Shown here: one piece after another, positions 26,199 through 36,481 of the stretch | Layout: each line of letters opens with the position of its first letter | How positions within the stretch are numbered: position 1 is the stretch's first letter | Assembly: GCA_947572235.1 (NCBI GenBank) | Contig: CANPBB010000001.1 | Coordinates: 1,620-65,619 of the forward strand | Length of the DNA: 64,000 bases | Direction of reading: 5' to 3' | From: an uncultured Clostridia bacterium | GTDB taxonomy: Bacteria; Bacillota; Clostridia; Oscillospirales; Oscillospiraceae | The notes under the pieces: generated by a model | Database searches by the model: none | Seen by the model: only the letters and a program-made list of their open reading frames with translations | Told to the model about the DNA's origin: nothing | Position numbers and translations under genes: made by a program

Positions 26199-27815
26199 CT
26201 ATCCCCACAGAGCCGACAGCAGGGGGACTACCTGCTTTTTGCGGGACATGACGCCGGGGAGGAAGGCCTCGCTGTTTTTGAGCTCGGTGTGGAAGGCGTG
26301 GTTGAACAGGTCCTCGTCTCCGCAGTAGAGGAGCTTGGAGCCCTCTAAGAGTACGTCGGTGAGAATCAGCAGCATCATGATATAGCCCCGCTCCTGACGG
26401 GTTTTCTCCATCAGCTCCAAAAACTCCTTCTTCCGCTGGAGGTGGCGCTGGGAGTCCACGCAGGTGATCTGGCTGATGCCGAAGTCGTGGCCGGCGATGT
26501 GGAACTCCTTGAAGTCCGTGAACAGCAGCTCCTCCACCGGCTTGTCCTCGCTGACGGAGGCCCGGAAGATGTCTTGGCCCAGCTCGTCTAAGGACAGATC
26601 CGCAAGGCTCGCCAGCCGCTGGGCGATGGTCCGGTCCCGGTTGGTGCAGGTGGGGGATTTGAACATCACCGTGTCCGACACAATGGCCGCCGCCATCAGG
26701 CCCGCCAGCTTCTTGGAGGGCATCAGGCCCCGCTCCTGAAACATCCCCGCCACGATGGTGGTGGTACTGCCTACAGGCTCGTTGCGGAAGTAGATGGGGC
26801 CCGCGGTCTGGATGTCCGCCAAGCGGTGGTGGTCGATGATCTCCAAAATGTCCGCCTGATCCAGACCGGGGACGGACTGGGCGGCCTCGTTGTGGTCCAC
26901 CAGCACCACCTTTTTCCGCCGGGGGCGGATCAGGTGAAAGCGGGAGAGGAGCCCCACCACCTTGTTCTCCCGGTTCAAAACCGGGTAGCTCCGGTAGCGG
27001 CTCTGAAGCACCACCTCCTGCACGTCATCCAAGTAGTCGTCCAAGAAGAAGTATTGCAGATCCTCCCGCCGGCAGATCCGGGAGATGGGCAGGGCCTGAA
27101 AGATGCGCCGCACCGTCTGGTAGGCGTCGTAGGGGGTGGAGATGATGCAGGTATCCGTGTCCTCGCGGCGCAGATCCTCGGGGAGCTCTGCCTGACAGAG
27201 GACAACGCAGTGGACGCCGGAGGCCACCGCCGAGCGGATGATGTCCGGCTGTTGGCCGCAGATCAGCACTGTGTTCTCCCCCTTGAAGGGGATCTGGTCG
27301 ATGGCCAAGGGCTGGGCGATGACCACCCGGCCGGAGATGGCGTTGATCACGTGGGCCGTTTCGTTGAGCAGCTCCCCCTCCAGGACGCCAAGGATGTTGA
27401 AGATGGGCACATCCTCTAAAACGGGGTTGGTGATGGTGCGCATGTCGTACTCCGCCACATCCCCCGCCGTCAGCATCCCCACCAAGTGCCCGTCGTCGTC
27501 GGCGATGGGGATGGAGGACAGGTGCCGGTCTGTCTCCATCACCGACCAAGCCCGGTTGATGGTGAGGGCCTCGTGGAGGATGGGGGGTGTGTCGAAGTCC
27601 AAGTCCTGCACCTGGGTGCGGATGTTGGTGAGAAAGAGGGGCGGCTCAAAGCCAAAGCGCTTTAAGATGAGCTTCGTCTCGTCGCTGATGTGGCCCAGCC
27701 GGGCGGCGGTGTACTCCCGGTCGCCTACGGCGTTGCGCAGAGCGGCGTAGGCCATGGCGGAGACAATGGAGTCGGTATCCGGGTTCCGGTGGCCGGTGAC
27801 GTAGATTTTTTCCAA
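26199..27815 (-). CDS. CBS-domain family II (DHH/DHHA2) inorganic pyrophosphatase-like protein
   Basis: YVTGHRNPDTDSI, CBS pair, DRTGG-like insert, LVDHNE, IIDHHRL, DHHA2 C-terminus. TTG start at 27815 behind AAAGGAGGT. Confidence 0.87.
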   Translation of the reverse strand: MEKIYVTGHRNPDTDSIVSAMAYAALRNAVGDREYTAARLGHISDETKLILKRFGFEPPLFLTNIRTQVQDLDFDTPPILHEALTINRAWSVMETDRHLSSIPIADDDGHLVGMLTAGDVAEYDMRTITNPVLEDVPIFNILGVLEGELLNETAHVINAISGRVVIAQPLAIDQIPFKGENTVLICGQQPDIIRSAVASGVHCVVLCQAELPEDLRREDTDTCIISTPYDAYQTVRRIFQALPISRICRREDLQYFFLDDYLDDVQEVVLQSRYRSYPVLNRENKVVGLLSRFHLIRPRRKKVVLVDHNEAAQSVPGLDQADILEIIDHHRLADIQTAGPIYFRNEPVGSTTTIVAGMFQERGLMPSKKLAGLMAAAIVSDTVMFKSPTCTNRDRTIAQRLASLADLSLDELGQDIFRASVSEDKPVEELLFTDFKEFHIAGHDFGISQITCVDSQRHLQRKKEFLELMEKTRQERGYIMMLLILTDVLLEGSKLLYCGDEDLFNHAFHTELKNSEAFLPGVMSRKKQVVPLLSALWG

Positions 27816-28243
27816 AGAGGGGACCTCCTTTTTTATCGCGGCAGAGCGGCGCTCTGACAAGGACAGGCTTCTGCTGATGATAATAAGAGTATAGCATTCC
27901 CTTTTCCCTGCCGCAAGGCGCAAATGCGTTTTATTTTTGTGCCGGCAGCCATGGATGGGGGCACTTTTGGCCCCTTTGACAGGGGGAGGCCCCCGGCGGC
28001 GGCGGGGTGTCGAATCCGGCTGGCGGGACCATCAGGGGCATTTGGAGGCGAAAAATGGACCAATGGGTGCAAAAAAACCCGGCAAGCCAAAAAGAAAGAC
28101 TTGCTTTTCTCGCCTTTTTGTGGTAAGCTACCTGTAGTTCGGAGCATTGGAAGCGAGAGTGGGCCATGGGTCCGCTCTTTTTCTTGACTTGAAACGACGG
28201 CACAAATTTTCCTAATTTTGGAAAGACAGATCGGAGGACATCT

Positions 28244-28699
28244 ATGGCGAAGGTCACAGAGCTGGTTGCGGACCTTGCGGCAAAGGCCGTGGAGGAGGCT
28301 GGCTGTACGCTGTGGGACGTGGAGTATGTCCGGGAGGCGGGGCAGTGGTATCTGCGGCTCTATTTGGATAAGGAGGGCGGCGTGGACATCCGGGACTGTG
28401 AGGCGGTGAGCCGGGTGGTCAGCGATCTCTTGGACGCGGCGGACCCCATCGAGGGGAGCTACACCTTCGAGGTCTCCTCCGCTGGGGCGGAGCGGGCGCT
28501 GAAGCGGCCCGGGGACTTTGAGAAGTTTATGGGCAGCCCCGTGCTGGTAAAGCTCTACAAGGCGCAGGATGGCCGGAAGGAGTTTGCCGGCGTGCTGCGG
28601 GGCTATCAGGGGGGGGACATCACCATCGCCATAGGGGACACGGAGCGCACCTTCCCCAAGGCTCAGGTGGCCCTCTGCCGGCTGCGGATTGAGTTTTGA
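28244..28699 (+). CDS. rimP: Ribosome maturation factor RimP
   Basis: 151 aa. LWDVEYVREAGQWYLRLYLDKEGGV is a typical RimP N-domain. First gene of the nusA-infB block. Confidence 0.9.
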   Translation: MAKVTELVADLAAKAVEEAGCTLWDVEYVREAGQWYLRLYLDKEGGVDIRDCEAVSRVVSDLLDAADPIEGSYTFEVSSAGAERALKRPGDFEKFMGSPVLVKLYKAQDGRKEFAGVLRGYQGGDITIAIGDTERTFPKAQVALCRLRIEF

Positions 28700-28891
28700 C
28701 AGATGACCGGGCACTGTCAGTCCGGCCCGCAGGCGTCTTGCCGGAGGCGGAGCCGTGGAAATGGCCGGATTTCCCGATTTGTATCGGCGATTTGGGCGGA
28801 TATGAAGGAGATAAAAGAGCTTCCGCCGGGTGGGGACCATTCGGCGGACCGGTAGTATAGATGGAGATTCAGATGGAGGCAAAGGGCAGAC

Positions 28892-29953
28892 ATGAAATGT
28901 GACGAGATTTTTGCGGCGCTGGCAATGCTGGAGAAGGAGCGGGGGATTCCCCAGTCCTTCATGATGGAGAAGATCGTGCAGGCGCTGACCACCGCCTACA
29001 AGCGGGACCACGAGGGTGTGGAGAACGTAGTGGTGGACGTGAATGAGGAGCGCAAGGACCTTCGGATGTATGTGCAGAAGGAGGTCGTGGAGGAGGTGGA
29101 GAACCCCGGTTCCCAGATGTCCATAGAGGAGGCCAAGGCCAAGTACGGCCGGGCCGAGGTGGGGGACTTTGTGAAGATCCCTGTGGACAACGTGGAGTTT
29201 GGCCGCATCGCCGCCGGAAACGGCAAGCAGGTGATCATTCAGGGCCTCCGGGAGGCGGAGCGGGGTATGGTCTACGACGAATTCAACTCCAAACAGCATG
29301 AGATCCTCACCGGTGTTGTTACCCGCACCGATCCCCGCAACGGCAACGTATCCCTGCGCATCGGCAACGGCGCGGAGAGCACCGAGGCGGTGCTCCTCCC
29401 CGGCGAGCAGGTGCCCAGCGAGACGCTGGTGGAGAATATGCATGTGAAGGTCTATGTGGTGGAGGTCCGCCGGGCCACCAAGGGTCCCCAAGTGCTGATT
29501 TCCCGGACTCACCCGGGCCTTGTGAAGCGGCTCTTTGAGCTGGAGGTGCCGGAGATCTTTGACGGGACGGTGGAGGTGAAGTCCATCGCCCGGGAGGCGG
29601 GCAGCCGCACCAAGATGGCCGTCTGGTCCAACGACGAGGCGGTGGATCCCATCGGCGCCTGCGTAGGTCCCAAGGGCCAGCGGGTCGGCGCCATTGTGGA
29701 GGAGCTTCGCGGGGAGAAGATCGACATTGTAAAGTACAGCGAGGACCCAGCGGAGTTCATCGCCGCGGCGCTGGCCCCGGCGGAGGTACTGGATGTCTAT
29801 ATGGCGGAGGAGGGCAAGGCCTGCCGCTGCATCGTCCCTGACGACCAATTGTCCCTCGCCATCGGCAAGGAGGGGCAGAATGCCCGCTTGGCCGCCCGGC
29901 TGACAGGGTATAAGATTGATATTAAGCCGAAGTCCAGCGAGAGTGCTGTCTGA
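28892..29953 (+). CDS. nusA: Transcription termination/antitermination factor NusA
   Basis: N-terminal domain, S1 and two KH domains ([11 protein letters not shown]; [12 protein letters not shown]). Confidence 0.94.
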   Translation: MKCDEIFAALAMLEKERGIPQSFMMEKIVQALTTAYKRDHEGVENVVVDVNEERKDLRMYVQKEVVEEVENPGSQMSIEEAKAKYGRAEVGDFVKIPVDNVEFGRIAAGNGKQVIIQGLREAERGMVYDEFNSKQHEILTGVVTRTDPRNGNVSLRIGNGAESTEAVLLPGEQVPSETLVENMHVKVYVVEVRRATKGPQVLISRTHPGLVKRLFELEVPEIFDGTVEVKSIAREAGSRTKMAVWSNDEAVDPIGACVGPKGQRVGAIVEELRGEKIDIVKYSEDPAEFIAAALAPAEVLDVYMAEEGKACRCIVPDDQLSLAIGKEGQNARLAARLTGYKIDIKPKSSESAV

Positions 29954-30084
29954 GGGCCGTGCCGCCCGATGCGCCCTGCGCAAAAATTTGTGGGGCATGG
30001 CAGCGGCGTCCTGCCGCGCATACACATAAAGTAAAAGCTGAAATCCAAAGAAAGGGTTCCTGTGAAGGCTGCGGGCTTTGCGGG

Positions 30085-30372
30085 ATGCAATCTATGCAGA
30101 AGGTTCGAAAGGTTCCCCAGCGGCAGTGTGTAGGCTGTCGGGAGATGAAGAATAAGAAGGACCTGATCCGTGTGGTCCGGTCCCCGGAGGGGGAGATCTC
30201 TCTGGATTTTAAGGGGAAGAAGCCCGGTCGGGGGGCCTATGTGTGCCCCGACGCCGCCTGCCTGAAGCGGGCCCGGAAGAGCCGGGCGCTGGAGCGGGCC
30301 TTTGAGACCGCCATCCCCGCCGAGGTTTATGATCAGCTGGAGCAGCAGATGGAGGTGGGCGGCGATGGATGA
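30085..30372 (+). CDS. ylxR: YlxR/RnpM-family (DUF448) RNA-binding protein
   Basis: [21 protein letters not shown]...GRGAYVC signature. Start may be 30085 or 30094. Confidence 0.85.
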   Translation: MQSMQKVRKVPQRQCVGCREMKNKKDLIRVVRSPEGEISLDFKGKKPGRGAYVCPDAACLKRARKSRALERAFETAIPAEVYDQLEQQMEVGGDG

Positions 30373-30835
30373 TGTACTGCACCTCATTGGCCTTGCCAAC
30401 CGGGCCGGGGCGCTGGCTGTCGGGGAGGAGCCGGCGGGGGCGGCCTGCCGGGCCAGGGCCTGCCGTCTGCTCCTGATCGCTCAGGACGCCGCGGAGAACA
30501 CCCTCCGCCGGGCCAGACACTTTGCCGAGACCGGACAGTGCCTGTGGCTGGTCCTCCCCTACTCCCGGGAGGAGCTGGGGGCAGTCTCCGGGCGAAGGGC
30601 CTGCGCCTTGGCCGCGCTGACGGACATCGGCTTTGCCTGCGCCGCAGTCCGGCGCCTCAGCCAGCGGGACGAGGAGCGGTACGGGGAAACGGCCCGGCGC
30701 CTCTCGGAGAAGGCGGAGCGGGCCAAGCGCCGGCGGGAGGAGAGCCGTTCCCACGAGCGGAACCTTCGCCGGGGGGGCAAGAAGCCCCGGCCTTACGTCC
30801 CCACCCGCGTCAAGCGGGCCCAGAAGGAAAGCTGA
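30365..30835 (+). CDS. ylxQ: L7Ae-family protein YlxQ with Lys/Arg-rich C-terminal extension
   Basis: [16 protein letters not shown]...[12 protein letters not shown] core. 8-nt overlap with ylxR. About 55 extra basic residues at the C-terminus. Confidence 0.8.
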   Translation: MDDVLHLIGLANRAGALAVGEEPAGAACRARACRLLLIAQDAAENTLRRARHFAETGQCLWLVLPYSREELGAVSGRRACALAALTDIGFACAAVRRLSQRDEERYGETARRLSEKAERAKRRREESRSHERNLRRGGKKPRPYVPTRVKRAQKES

Positions 30836-30921
30836 TTCCCTCCGTCCCCCCGCTGGGGTGCGCTCGGAGCTTGATATAGATACCGCGGAACGACATTGTG
30901 TAAAAACCTACCCTTTCTACT

Positions 30922-33384
30922 ATGGAGGTGGCTCTATTGGGTAATATCATCAACAAATACAGAGTGCACGAGGTGGCCAAGGATTTCGGCCTGCCCACCA
31001 AGACCATCACGGAGATCCTCACCAAGTATGCCACGGCGCCGAAAAACCACATGCAGGTACTGGAGGCCGGTGAGCTGGCGGTGATTTTCGACTGCCTCAC
31101 CCAGAAGTACCCGGCGTCCAGCATTGAGGCAATCTTCGCCGAGGTCTATCAGGAGGAGAAAAAGCAGCCCGTCCAGCAGCAGGGTCAGCCCCACCAGACC
31201 CAAGGCGGTCAGGGCGGACGCCAAGGCGGCGGCCAGCAGCGCCAGCAGGGCGGTCAGCCCCAGCAGCGTCAGGGCGGTCAGCAGGGCGGACGGCCCCAGC
31301 AGCCCGCTCAGAGCGGCCAGCAGCGCCAGCAGGGCCAGCCCCAGCAGGGTGCGCAGCAGCCTCAGCAGCCGGCCAAGCCCATGAGCCGCGTCCCGGAGAA
31401 AAAGGTGGTGGACACCCGGAAGGCCACCAACGTGAATCTGGAGAAGTACGACGAGCGTCTGCAGGACATCGCTGACCGGTCCACCCAGGGACGCAGCGCC
31501 ATGCAGCAGCAGGGCAAGGAGAAGTTCCGCAACGCCGGCAGCAAAAAGCGGGGCCAGCAAACCTTCTCCAACAAGCGCCGTCAGGAGGAGCAGGAGAAGA
31601 TGCGCCGGCTCCAGCTGGAGATCGCCAAAAAGGCCCCCGTCAAGGTTCTGATCCCCGACGAGATCAGCGTGGGGGAGCTGGCCAGCCGCATGAAAAAGAC
31701 CGCCGCCGAGGTGGTCAAGTGCCTGATGAAGAACGGCGTCATGGCCGGTGTCAGCCAGTTTATCGACTTTGACACCGCCGCCATCATCGCCGAGGAGATG
31801 GGCTGCAAGGTGGAGCGCGAGGTGGTAATTACCATCGAGGAGAAGCTCATCGACACCGCCGAGGACAAGGCCGAGGATCTGAAGTACCGGGCCCCTGTGG
31901 TGGTGGTCATGGGCCACGTGGATCACGGCAAGACCTCCCTCCTTGACTATATCCGCAACGCCCACGTGGCCAAGGGCGAGGCCGGCGGCATTACCCAGCA
32001 CATCGGCGCCTACCAAGTGGAGATCAATGGGAAGCCCATCACCTTCCTTGATACCCCCGGCCACGAGGCCTTTACCTCTATGCGCGCCCGTGGCGCCATG
32101 GTCACCGATATCGCCATCTTGGTGGTGGCCGCCGAGGACGGCATCAAGCCCCAGACCGTGGAGTCAATCAACCACGCCAAGGCCGCCGGCATCCCCATCA
32201 TTGTGGCCATCAACAAGATGGATAAGCCAGAGGCCAACCCGGAGCGGATCAAGCAGCAGCTCACCGAGTACGAGCTGGTGGCCGAGGACTGGGGCGGCGA
32301 GACCATCATCTGTCCCATCTCCGCCAAGACCGGCATGGGGATCGACAACCTTTTGGAGATGGTCACGCTCACCGCCGAGATGGCGGATCTGAAGGCCAAC
32401 CCCAATCGGGCCGCCCAAGGTACCGTGATCGAGGCCCGTCTTGACAAGGGCCGCGGCCCGGTGGCCACCCTCTTGGTGCAGAACGGGACCCTGAAGCAAG
32501 GCGATATCATCATCGCCGGCACCGCCGTGGGCCGTGTCCGGGCCATGGTGGACGACAAGGGCAGCCGCCTCACCGAGGCCGGACCCTCCGTGCCTGTGGA
32601 GATCACCGGCCTTGGGGAGGTCCCCGGCGCGGGCAACACCTTCAACGCCGTGGCCGACGAGCGTCTGGCCCGTGAGCTGGTGGAGCAGCGGAAGGCCGAG
32701 GAGAAGGCCAAGGCCAACGCCCCCATCCAGAAGGTCAGCCTAGAGGACCTGTTCAGCCAGATCCAGGCCGGCGAGGTGAAGGATCTCAACATCATCGTCA
32801 AGGCCGACGTGCAGGGCAGCGCCGAGGCGGTGAAGGCCAGTCTGGAGAAGCTCTCTAACGAGGAGGTCCGGGTCCGGGTGATCCACTCCGGCGTGGGTGC
32901 CATCAGCGAGAGCGATGTGATGCTGGCCAGCACCTCCAAGGCCATCGTCGTGGGCTTCAACGTCCGCCCCGATGCCGCCGCCCGGGACAGCGCCGCCCGC
33001 AGCAACGTGGATATGCGGATGTACCGCGTGATCTACGACGCCATCGGCGAGGTGGAGGCCGCCATGAAGGGCATGCTCTCCCCCAAATTCCGGGAGGTTC
33101 TTATCGGCCACGCGGAGGTGCGCCAAACCTACAAAGTCACAGGCGTGGGCACCATCGGCGGCAGCTACGTGCAGGACGGCAAGATCCAGAGGGGCTGTCA
33201 GGTGCGTATCGTCCGGGACGGCATTGTCATCCACGAGGGTGAGCTCAGCTCCCTCCAGCGGTTTAAGGACGCTGTCCGGGAGGTGGCCAGCGGCTACGAG
33301 TGCGGAATCGGCATCGAGAAGTTCAACGACATCAAAGAGGGCGATATCATCGAGTGCTTCGTCATGGAGCAGATCGAGGTATAA
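30922..33384 (+). CDS. infB: Translation initiation factor IF-2
   Basis: G-domain [28 protein letters not shown]. Conserved C-terminal domains. True start may be TTG at 30937, 6 nt after GGAGGTG. Confidence 0.95.
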   Translation: MEVALLGNIINKYRVHEVAKDFGLPTKTITEILTKYATAPKNHMQVLEAGELAVIFDCLTQKYPASSIEAIFAEVYQEEKKQPVQQQGQPHQTQGGQGGRQGGGQQRQQGGQPQQRQGGQQGGRPQQPAQSGQQRQQGQPQQGAQQPQQPAKPMSRVPEKKVVDTRKATNVNLEKYDERLQDIADRSTQGRSAMQQQGKEKFRNAGSKKRGQQTFSNKRRQEEQEKMRRLQLEIAKKAPVKVLIPDEISVGELASRMKKTAAEVVKCLMKNGVMAGVSQFIDFDTAAIIAEEMGCKVEREVVITIEEKLIDTAEDKAEDLKYRAPVVVVMGHVDHGKTSLLDYIRNAHVAKGEAGGITQHIGAYQVEINGKPITFLDTPGHEAFTSMRARGAMVTDIAILVVAAEDGIKPQTVESINHAKAAGIPIIVAINKMDKPEANPERIKQQLTEYELVAEDWGGETIICPISAKTGMGIDNLLEMVTLTAEMADLKANPNRAAQGTVIEARLDKGRGPVATLLVQNGTLKQGDIIIAGTAVGRVRAMVDDKGSRLTEAGPSVPVEITGLGEVPGAGNTFNAVADERLARELVEQRKAEEKAKANAPIQKVSLEDLFSQIQAGEVKDLNIIVKADVQGSAEAVKASLEKLSNEEVRVRVIHSGVGAISESDVMLASTSKAIVVGFNVRPDAAARDSAARSNVDMRMYRVIYDAIGEVEAAMKGMLSPKFREVLIGHAEVRQTYKVTGVGTIGGSYVQDGKIQRGCQVRIVRDGIVIHEGELSSLQRFKDAVREVASGYECGIGIEKFNDIKEGDIIECFVMEQIEV

Positions 33385-33431
33385 TAGATCTCGGCAAAGG
33401 CTTTTACTTGCGCGGAAAGGAGATAACAGCT

Positions 33432-33578
33432 ATGGAAATGACAGACAGTCAATTCAAGGGGTTTATCCGGTTTGTTCTGGATGCCTTGGCAGAGATGAAG
33501 GCAGAGCATGACACGGCAAAACGGGAAGAAAAGCTTGAGAAGGCCATGGCAAATCTCCAAAAAACCTTAGAGGATTAA
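33432..33578 (+). CDS. Small hypothetical protein (48 aa)
   Basis: MEMTDSQFKGFIRFVLDALAEMKAEHDTAKREEKLEKAMANLQKTLED. AAAGGAG SD 8 nt upstream, terminator directly downstream, lower GC. Confidence 0.45.
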   Translation: MEMTDSQFKGFIRFVLDALAEMKAEHDTAKREEKLEKAMANLQKTLED

Positions 33579-33805
33579 GCCAAAGGGGCAGGCGTTTTCG
33601 CCCGCCCCTCCTTTATTTGCGCCCCAGATGGCACAGCATATTCCGCCTCAAAGCAGGTGAAGGCAATCTGTATCCCCAGAGCCCCCCGCTGAAAGGCGTA
33701 CTGGGTGCGGGCCCTCATCGGATCATCGCGCAGATACTCCGGCACCATGTACGGGCTGCGGCGGGTGCGGGAGGCGTTGTATAATTCCTCAAAAACAGCA
33801 CGCAT
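33575..33805 (-). CDS. Questionable hypothetical ORF (76 aa)
   Basis: Open frame only. Weak SD, and the 3' end is encoded by the terminator hairpin. May be a gene remnant. Confidence 0.25.
   Translation of the reverse strand: MRAVFEELYNASRTRRSPYMVPEYLRDDPMRARTQYAFQRGALGIQIAFTCFEAEYAVPSGAQIKEGRAKTPAPLA
33584..33618 (+). terminator. Rho-independent terminator
   Basis: AGGGGCAGGCG-TTTT-CGCCCGCCCCT followed by CCTTTATTT. Confidence 0.65.
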
Positions 33806-33825
33806 CGTGTTACCGCCCTAAGATA

Positions 33826-33900
33826 GGATATCCAGTGCTGCTGGCTAAATTCTTTCATGTCTCCACAGACTATCTGGTGGGCCTAAAGGACGAGCCATAA
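33826..33900 (+). pseudogene. 3' fragment of an XRE-family HTH gene
   Basis: Frame reads ...GYPVLLAKFFHVSTDYLVGLKDEP-stop, the characteristic last helix and tail of Cro/C1 HTH proteins. There is no N-terminal part or start. Confidence 0.55.
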
Positions 33901-34075
33901 TGCAGGGGCGGTCATTCCGCCTGCCGTCCCCTGGCCGAGCGCTTGTAGGGCGGCCCCGGCCCGCCGTCTCCCATGGTTCTGCCGCGTTTCGATCGGCCAA
34001 GCGGACGATATCCGCCCCTACGGACGGTCTGCTGGGCCGTCGCGCCCTTCAATGGGGCGGGGACGGATACCTTAG
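33901..34075. repeat. REP-like GTAG/GCAG hairpin cluster upstream of rbfA
   Basis: TGCAGGGGCGGTCATTCCGCC; TGTAGGGCGGCCCCGGCCCGCC (33944-33965); GCGGACGATATCCGCCCCTACGG (34001-34023). Confidence 0.7.
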
Positions 34076-34088
34076 AAAGGAGCAACTC

Positions 34089-34481
34089 ATGCCAAGCAAC
34101 CGAATTTCCCGCATCAATGAGGAGATCCAGCGGGAGCTCTCCGCCCTTATACGGACCCTCAAGGACCCCCGCCTTCAAGGCGGGCTTCTCACCATCACCC
34201 ATGTGGAGGCCACCAGCGACCTCCGCTACGCTAAGATCCATGTCTCCGCCTTGGACAAGTCCCAGGAGAAGGAGATGCTGAAGGGCCTCAAGTCCGCGGC
34301 GGGCTACCTCCGCCGGGAGATGGGGGCCTCCTTGGGCCTCCGGTACACCCCGGAGCTCCAGTTTGTCGCCGACGACTCCATCGAGAAAGGGGCCAAGATC
34401 TTGGAGATGCTCCGGGACCCGGAGGTGGTAAAGCCGGCCAACCCGGCCAACGCCCACATCATCTTAGATGAGGAGGAGTAA
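34089..34481 (+). CDS. rbfA: Ribosome-binding factor A
   Basis: RISRINEEIQRELSALI...ITHVEATSDLRYAKIHVS is typical RbfA. The longer ORF start reads through repeat DNA. Confidence 0.9.
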   Translation: MPSNRISRINEEIQRELSALIRTLKDPRLQGGLLTITHVEATSDLRYAKIHVSALDKSQEKEMLKGLKSAAGYLRREMGASLGLRYTPELQFVADDSIEKGAKILEMLRDPEVVKPANPANAHIILDEEE

Positions 34482-34485
34482 CCTT

Positions 34486-35442
34486 ATGACCCCACAAGAA
34501 ACCGCCGCCCTCCTGCAAGCGAGGGATCACATCCTAATCCTCACCCACCGCCGACCCGACGGGGATACCATCGGTTCTGCGGCGGGCCTCTGCGCCGCCC
34601 TGCGCCAGCGGGGCAAAGAGGCGTATGTCCTCTATAACGAGGAGATTACAGAGTCTACCCGCCCCTACGCCGCGCCCTACTGGGCCCCGGAGGGCTATGA
34701 GCCGGCCTTCGTGGTCTCTGTGGACATCGCCGCCCGCCAGCTCTTCCATGGAGCCTCAGAGGCGTATATAGACCGGGTGGACTTGGCCGTTGATCACCAC
34801 CCGTCCCAAGAGTTTTTCGCCCAAGAGACCTGCTTGGATGCCCGTCGGGCGGCCTGCGGGGAGATCGTCTATGAGATCTGCGCCGCCTTGGGGGAGATCA
34901 CCCCGGCGGTGGCCCTGCCCCTCTACGCGGCGGTGTCCACAGACACCGGCTGCTTTGTCTACGCCAATACCGACGCCAATACCCACCGGACGGCGGCGGC
35001 GCTGCTGGACACGGGCATCGACTTTTTCGCCGTCAATAAGCGGCATTTCCGCACAAAAACCAGAAAACGCCTCCAATTGGAGGCGGATCTGATCGCCAAC
35101 ATGGAGTTCTTCCATGGCGGCCGGGGCGTTTTTATGACGGTTCCCCAGTCCCTGATGGCGCGCATAGGAGCCACAGAGGACGACGCGGAGGACCTGTCCG
35201 CGCTGGCCACCATCATAGAGGGTGTGGACTGCGGCGCGGTGCTCCGAGAGCTGCGTCCCGATGAGTGGAAGCTGAGCCTCCGCACCGGAGCCAACGGCCG
35301 CGTCAATGCCAGCAGGGCCTGCAAGCTGTTAAACGGCGGCGGCCATGCCATGGCCGCCGGCGCCACCTTGGAGGGCGATTTGGAGAGCGTCAAGGAGAGA
35401 GTTTTGGCGGCCATCAACAGTGTGTGCGGAGAGCCGTTGTAA
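34486..35442 (+). CDS. nrnA: DHH-family phosphoesterase (NrnA-like oligoribonuclease/pAp phosphatase)
   Basis: THRRPDGDTIGS, VDHH, GGGHAMAAG motifs. GAGGAGGAG SD. Confidence 0.85.
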   Translation: MTPQETAALLQARDHILILTHRRPDGDTIGSAAGLCAALRQRGKEAYVLYNEEITESTRPYAAPYWAPEGYEPAFVVSVDIAARQLFHGASEAYIDRVDLAVDHHPSQEFFAQETCLDARRAACGEIVYEICAALGEITPAVALPLYAAVSTDTGCFVYANTDANTHRTAAALLDTGIDFFAVNKRHFRTKTRKRLQLEADLIANMEFFHGGRGVFMTVPQSLMARIGATEDDAEDLSALATIIEGVDCGAVLRELRPDEWKLSLRTGANGRVNASRACKLLNGGGHAMAAGATLEGDLESVKERVLAAINSVCGEPL

Positions 35443-35594
35443 AGGCAGCTGATGGTTCCCGCCTTCTAAGCGGCCTTTTGCTGGCTTTTGGGCTGCGCCA
35501 AAGGTCAGCCGTCCCCAAAAGCGATCCCCCGTTCCGCGCCGCCGCGGCGCAAAAAAGCACCGTGCCTCACCGGGGCACCACAAGGAGAACCACC

Positions 35595-36467
35595 ATGCCC
35601 ACCGGAATCCTTATCATTGACAAAGAAAAAACTTGGACCAGTATGGACGTCTGCGCTAAACTCCGGGGCCTTTTGAAGGAGCGCCGTATCGGCCACGCCG
35701 GTACCTTGGATCCCATGGCCACCGGCGTCCTGCCGGTCTTTGTGGGCCGGGCCACCCGAGCGGTGGAGTTTGCGGAGAAGGGAGACAAGGAGTACATCGC
35801 CACCCTTCTTCTGGGCCGGGAGACCAACACGCAGGACACCACCGGCGAGACCATCGAGGAGCGGCCTGTCCACGTCACCGAGGCCCAGCTCCGCGCCGTC
35901 CTTCCCCAGTTCACCGGGGAGATCCAGCAAATCCCGCCTATGTACTCCGCCATCAAGGTGAACGGGAAACGGCTCTACGCCTTGGCCCGTGCCGGACGGG
36001 AGGTGGAGCGTCCCGCCCGGCGGATCACCGTGCGCCAGATTGATCTTTTGGAGCGTGTGGGGGAGGGGGAGTATACCCTGCGCATCCTCTGCTCCAAGGG
36101 CACCTATGTGCGGACGCTGTGCCACGACATCGGACAGGCCTTGGGCTGCGGCGGCTGCATGAGCGGCCTGCGGCGGACCATGGCGGCGGGCTTTACCATA
36201 GGGCAGGCGGTGACGCTCCAGCAGGTCCAGCAGGGGGACTATACGCTGCTGCCCATGGACACGCTGTTTGCCCAGTACCCGGCCTGCTCGCTGAACCCGG
36301 CGCAGGAACGGCGGTGCCGCGCAGGGGCGGCGGTGGAGGCCCCGGAGCTCTCAGAGGGGCTCTACCGGCTCTACGGCGCTGACGGGTCCTTTCTGAGCCT
36401 GAGCCAGTGGGAGGCGGGGGTGCTGCGCGCCCGGAAAAATTTCTTCGGCGGTGAGGAGCCGTCGTGA
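35595..36467 (+). CDS. truB: tRNA pseudouridine(55) synthase
   Basis: GILIIDKEKTWTSMDV...GHAGTLDPMATGVL...PPMYSAIKVNGKRLY motifs. Confidence 0.92.
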   Translation: MPTGILIIDKEKTWTSMDVCAKLRGLLKERRIGHAGTLDPMATGVLPVFVGRATRAVEFAEKGDKEYIATLLLGRETNTQDTTGETIEERPVHVTEAQLRAVLPQFTGEIQQIPPMYSAIKVNGKRLYALARAGREVERPARRITVRQIDLLERVGEGEYTLRILCSKGTYVRTLCHDIGQALGCGGCMSGLRRTMAAGFTIGQAVTLQQVQQGDYTLLPMDTLFAQYPACSLNPAQERRCRAGAAVEAPELSEGLYRLYGADGSFLSLSQWEAGVLRARKNFFGGEEPS

Positions 36468-36481
36468 CAGGAGGGGCAGAG

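Noticed and set aside
28000-28040. Possible tRNA fragment (GGGGTGTCGAATCCGGCTGGCGGGACCA)
   Set aside because: The T-stem arms are not complementary and no cloverleaf can be drawn from the flanks, so this is probably just one more GC-rich intergenic hairpin region.
27833-30025. 730-aa minus-strand ORF opposite rimP/nusA
   Set aside because: It is an antisense shadow of universally conserved genes, spans an intergenic region, and has no motifs.
35265-35594. Long N-terminal extensions of truB (400 aa) and rbfA (33900-34088)
   Set aside because: The extensions overlap the preceding gene or REP DNA and have no homology-like sequence. Conserved N-termini (MPTGILIIDK.. and MPSNRISRINEE..) start at internal ATGs.
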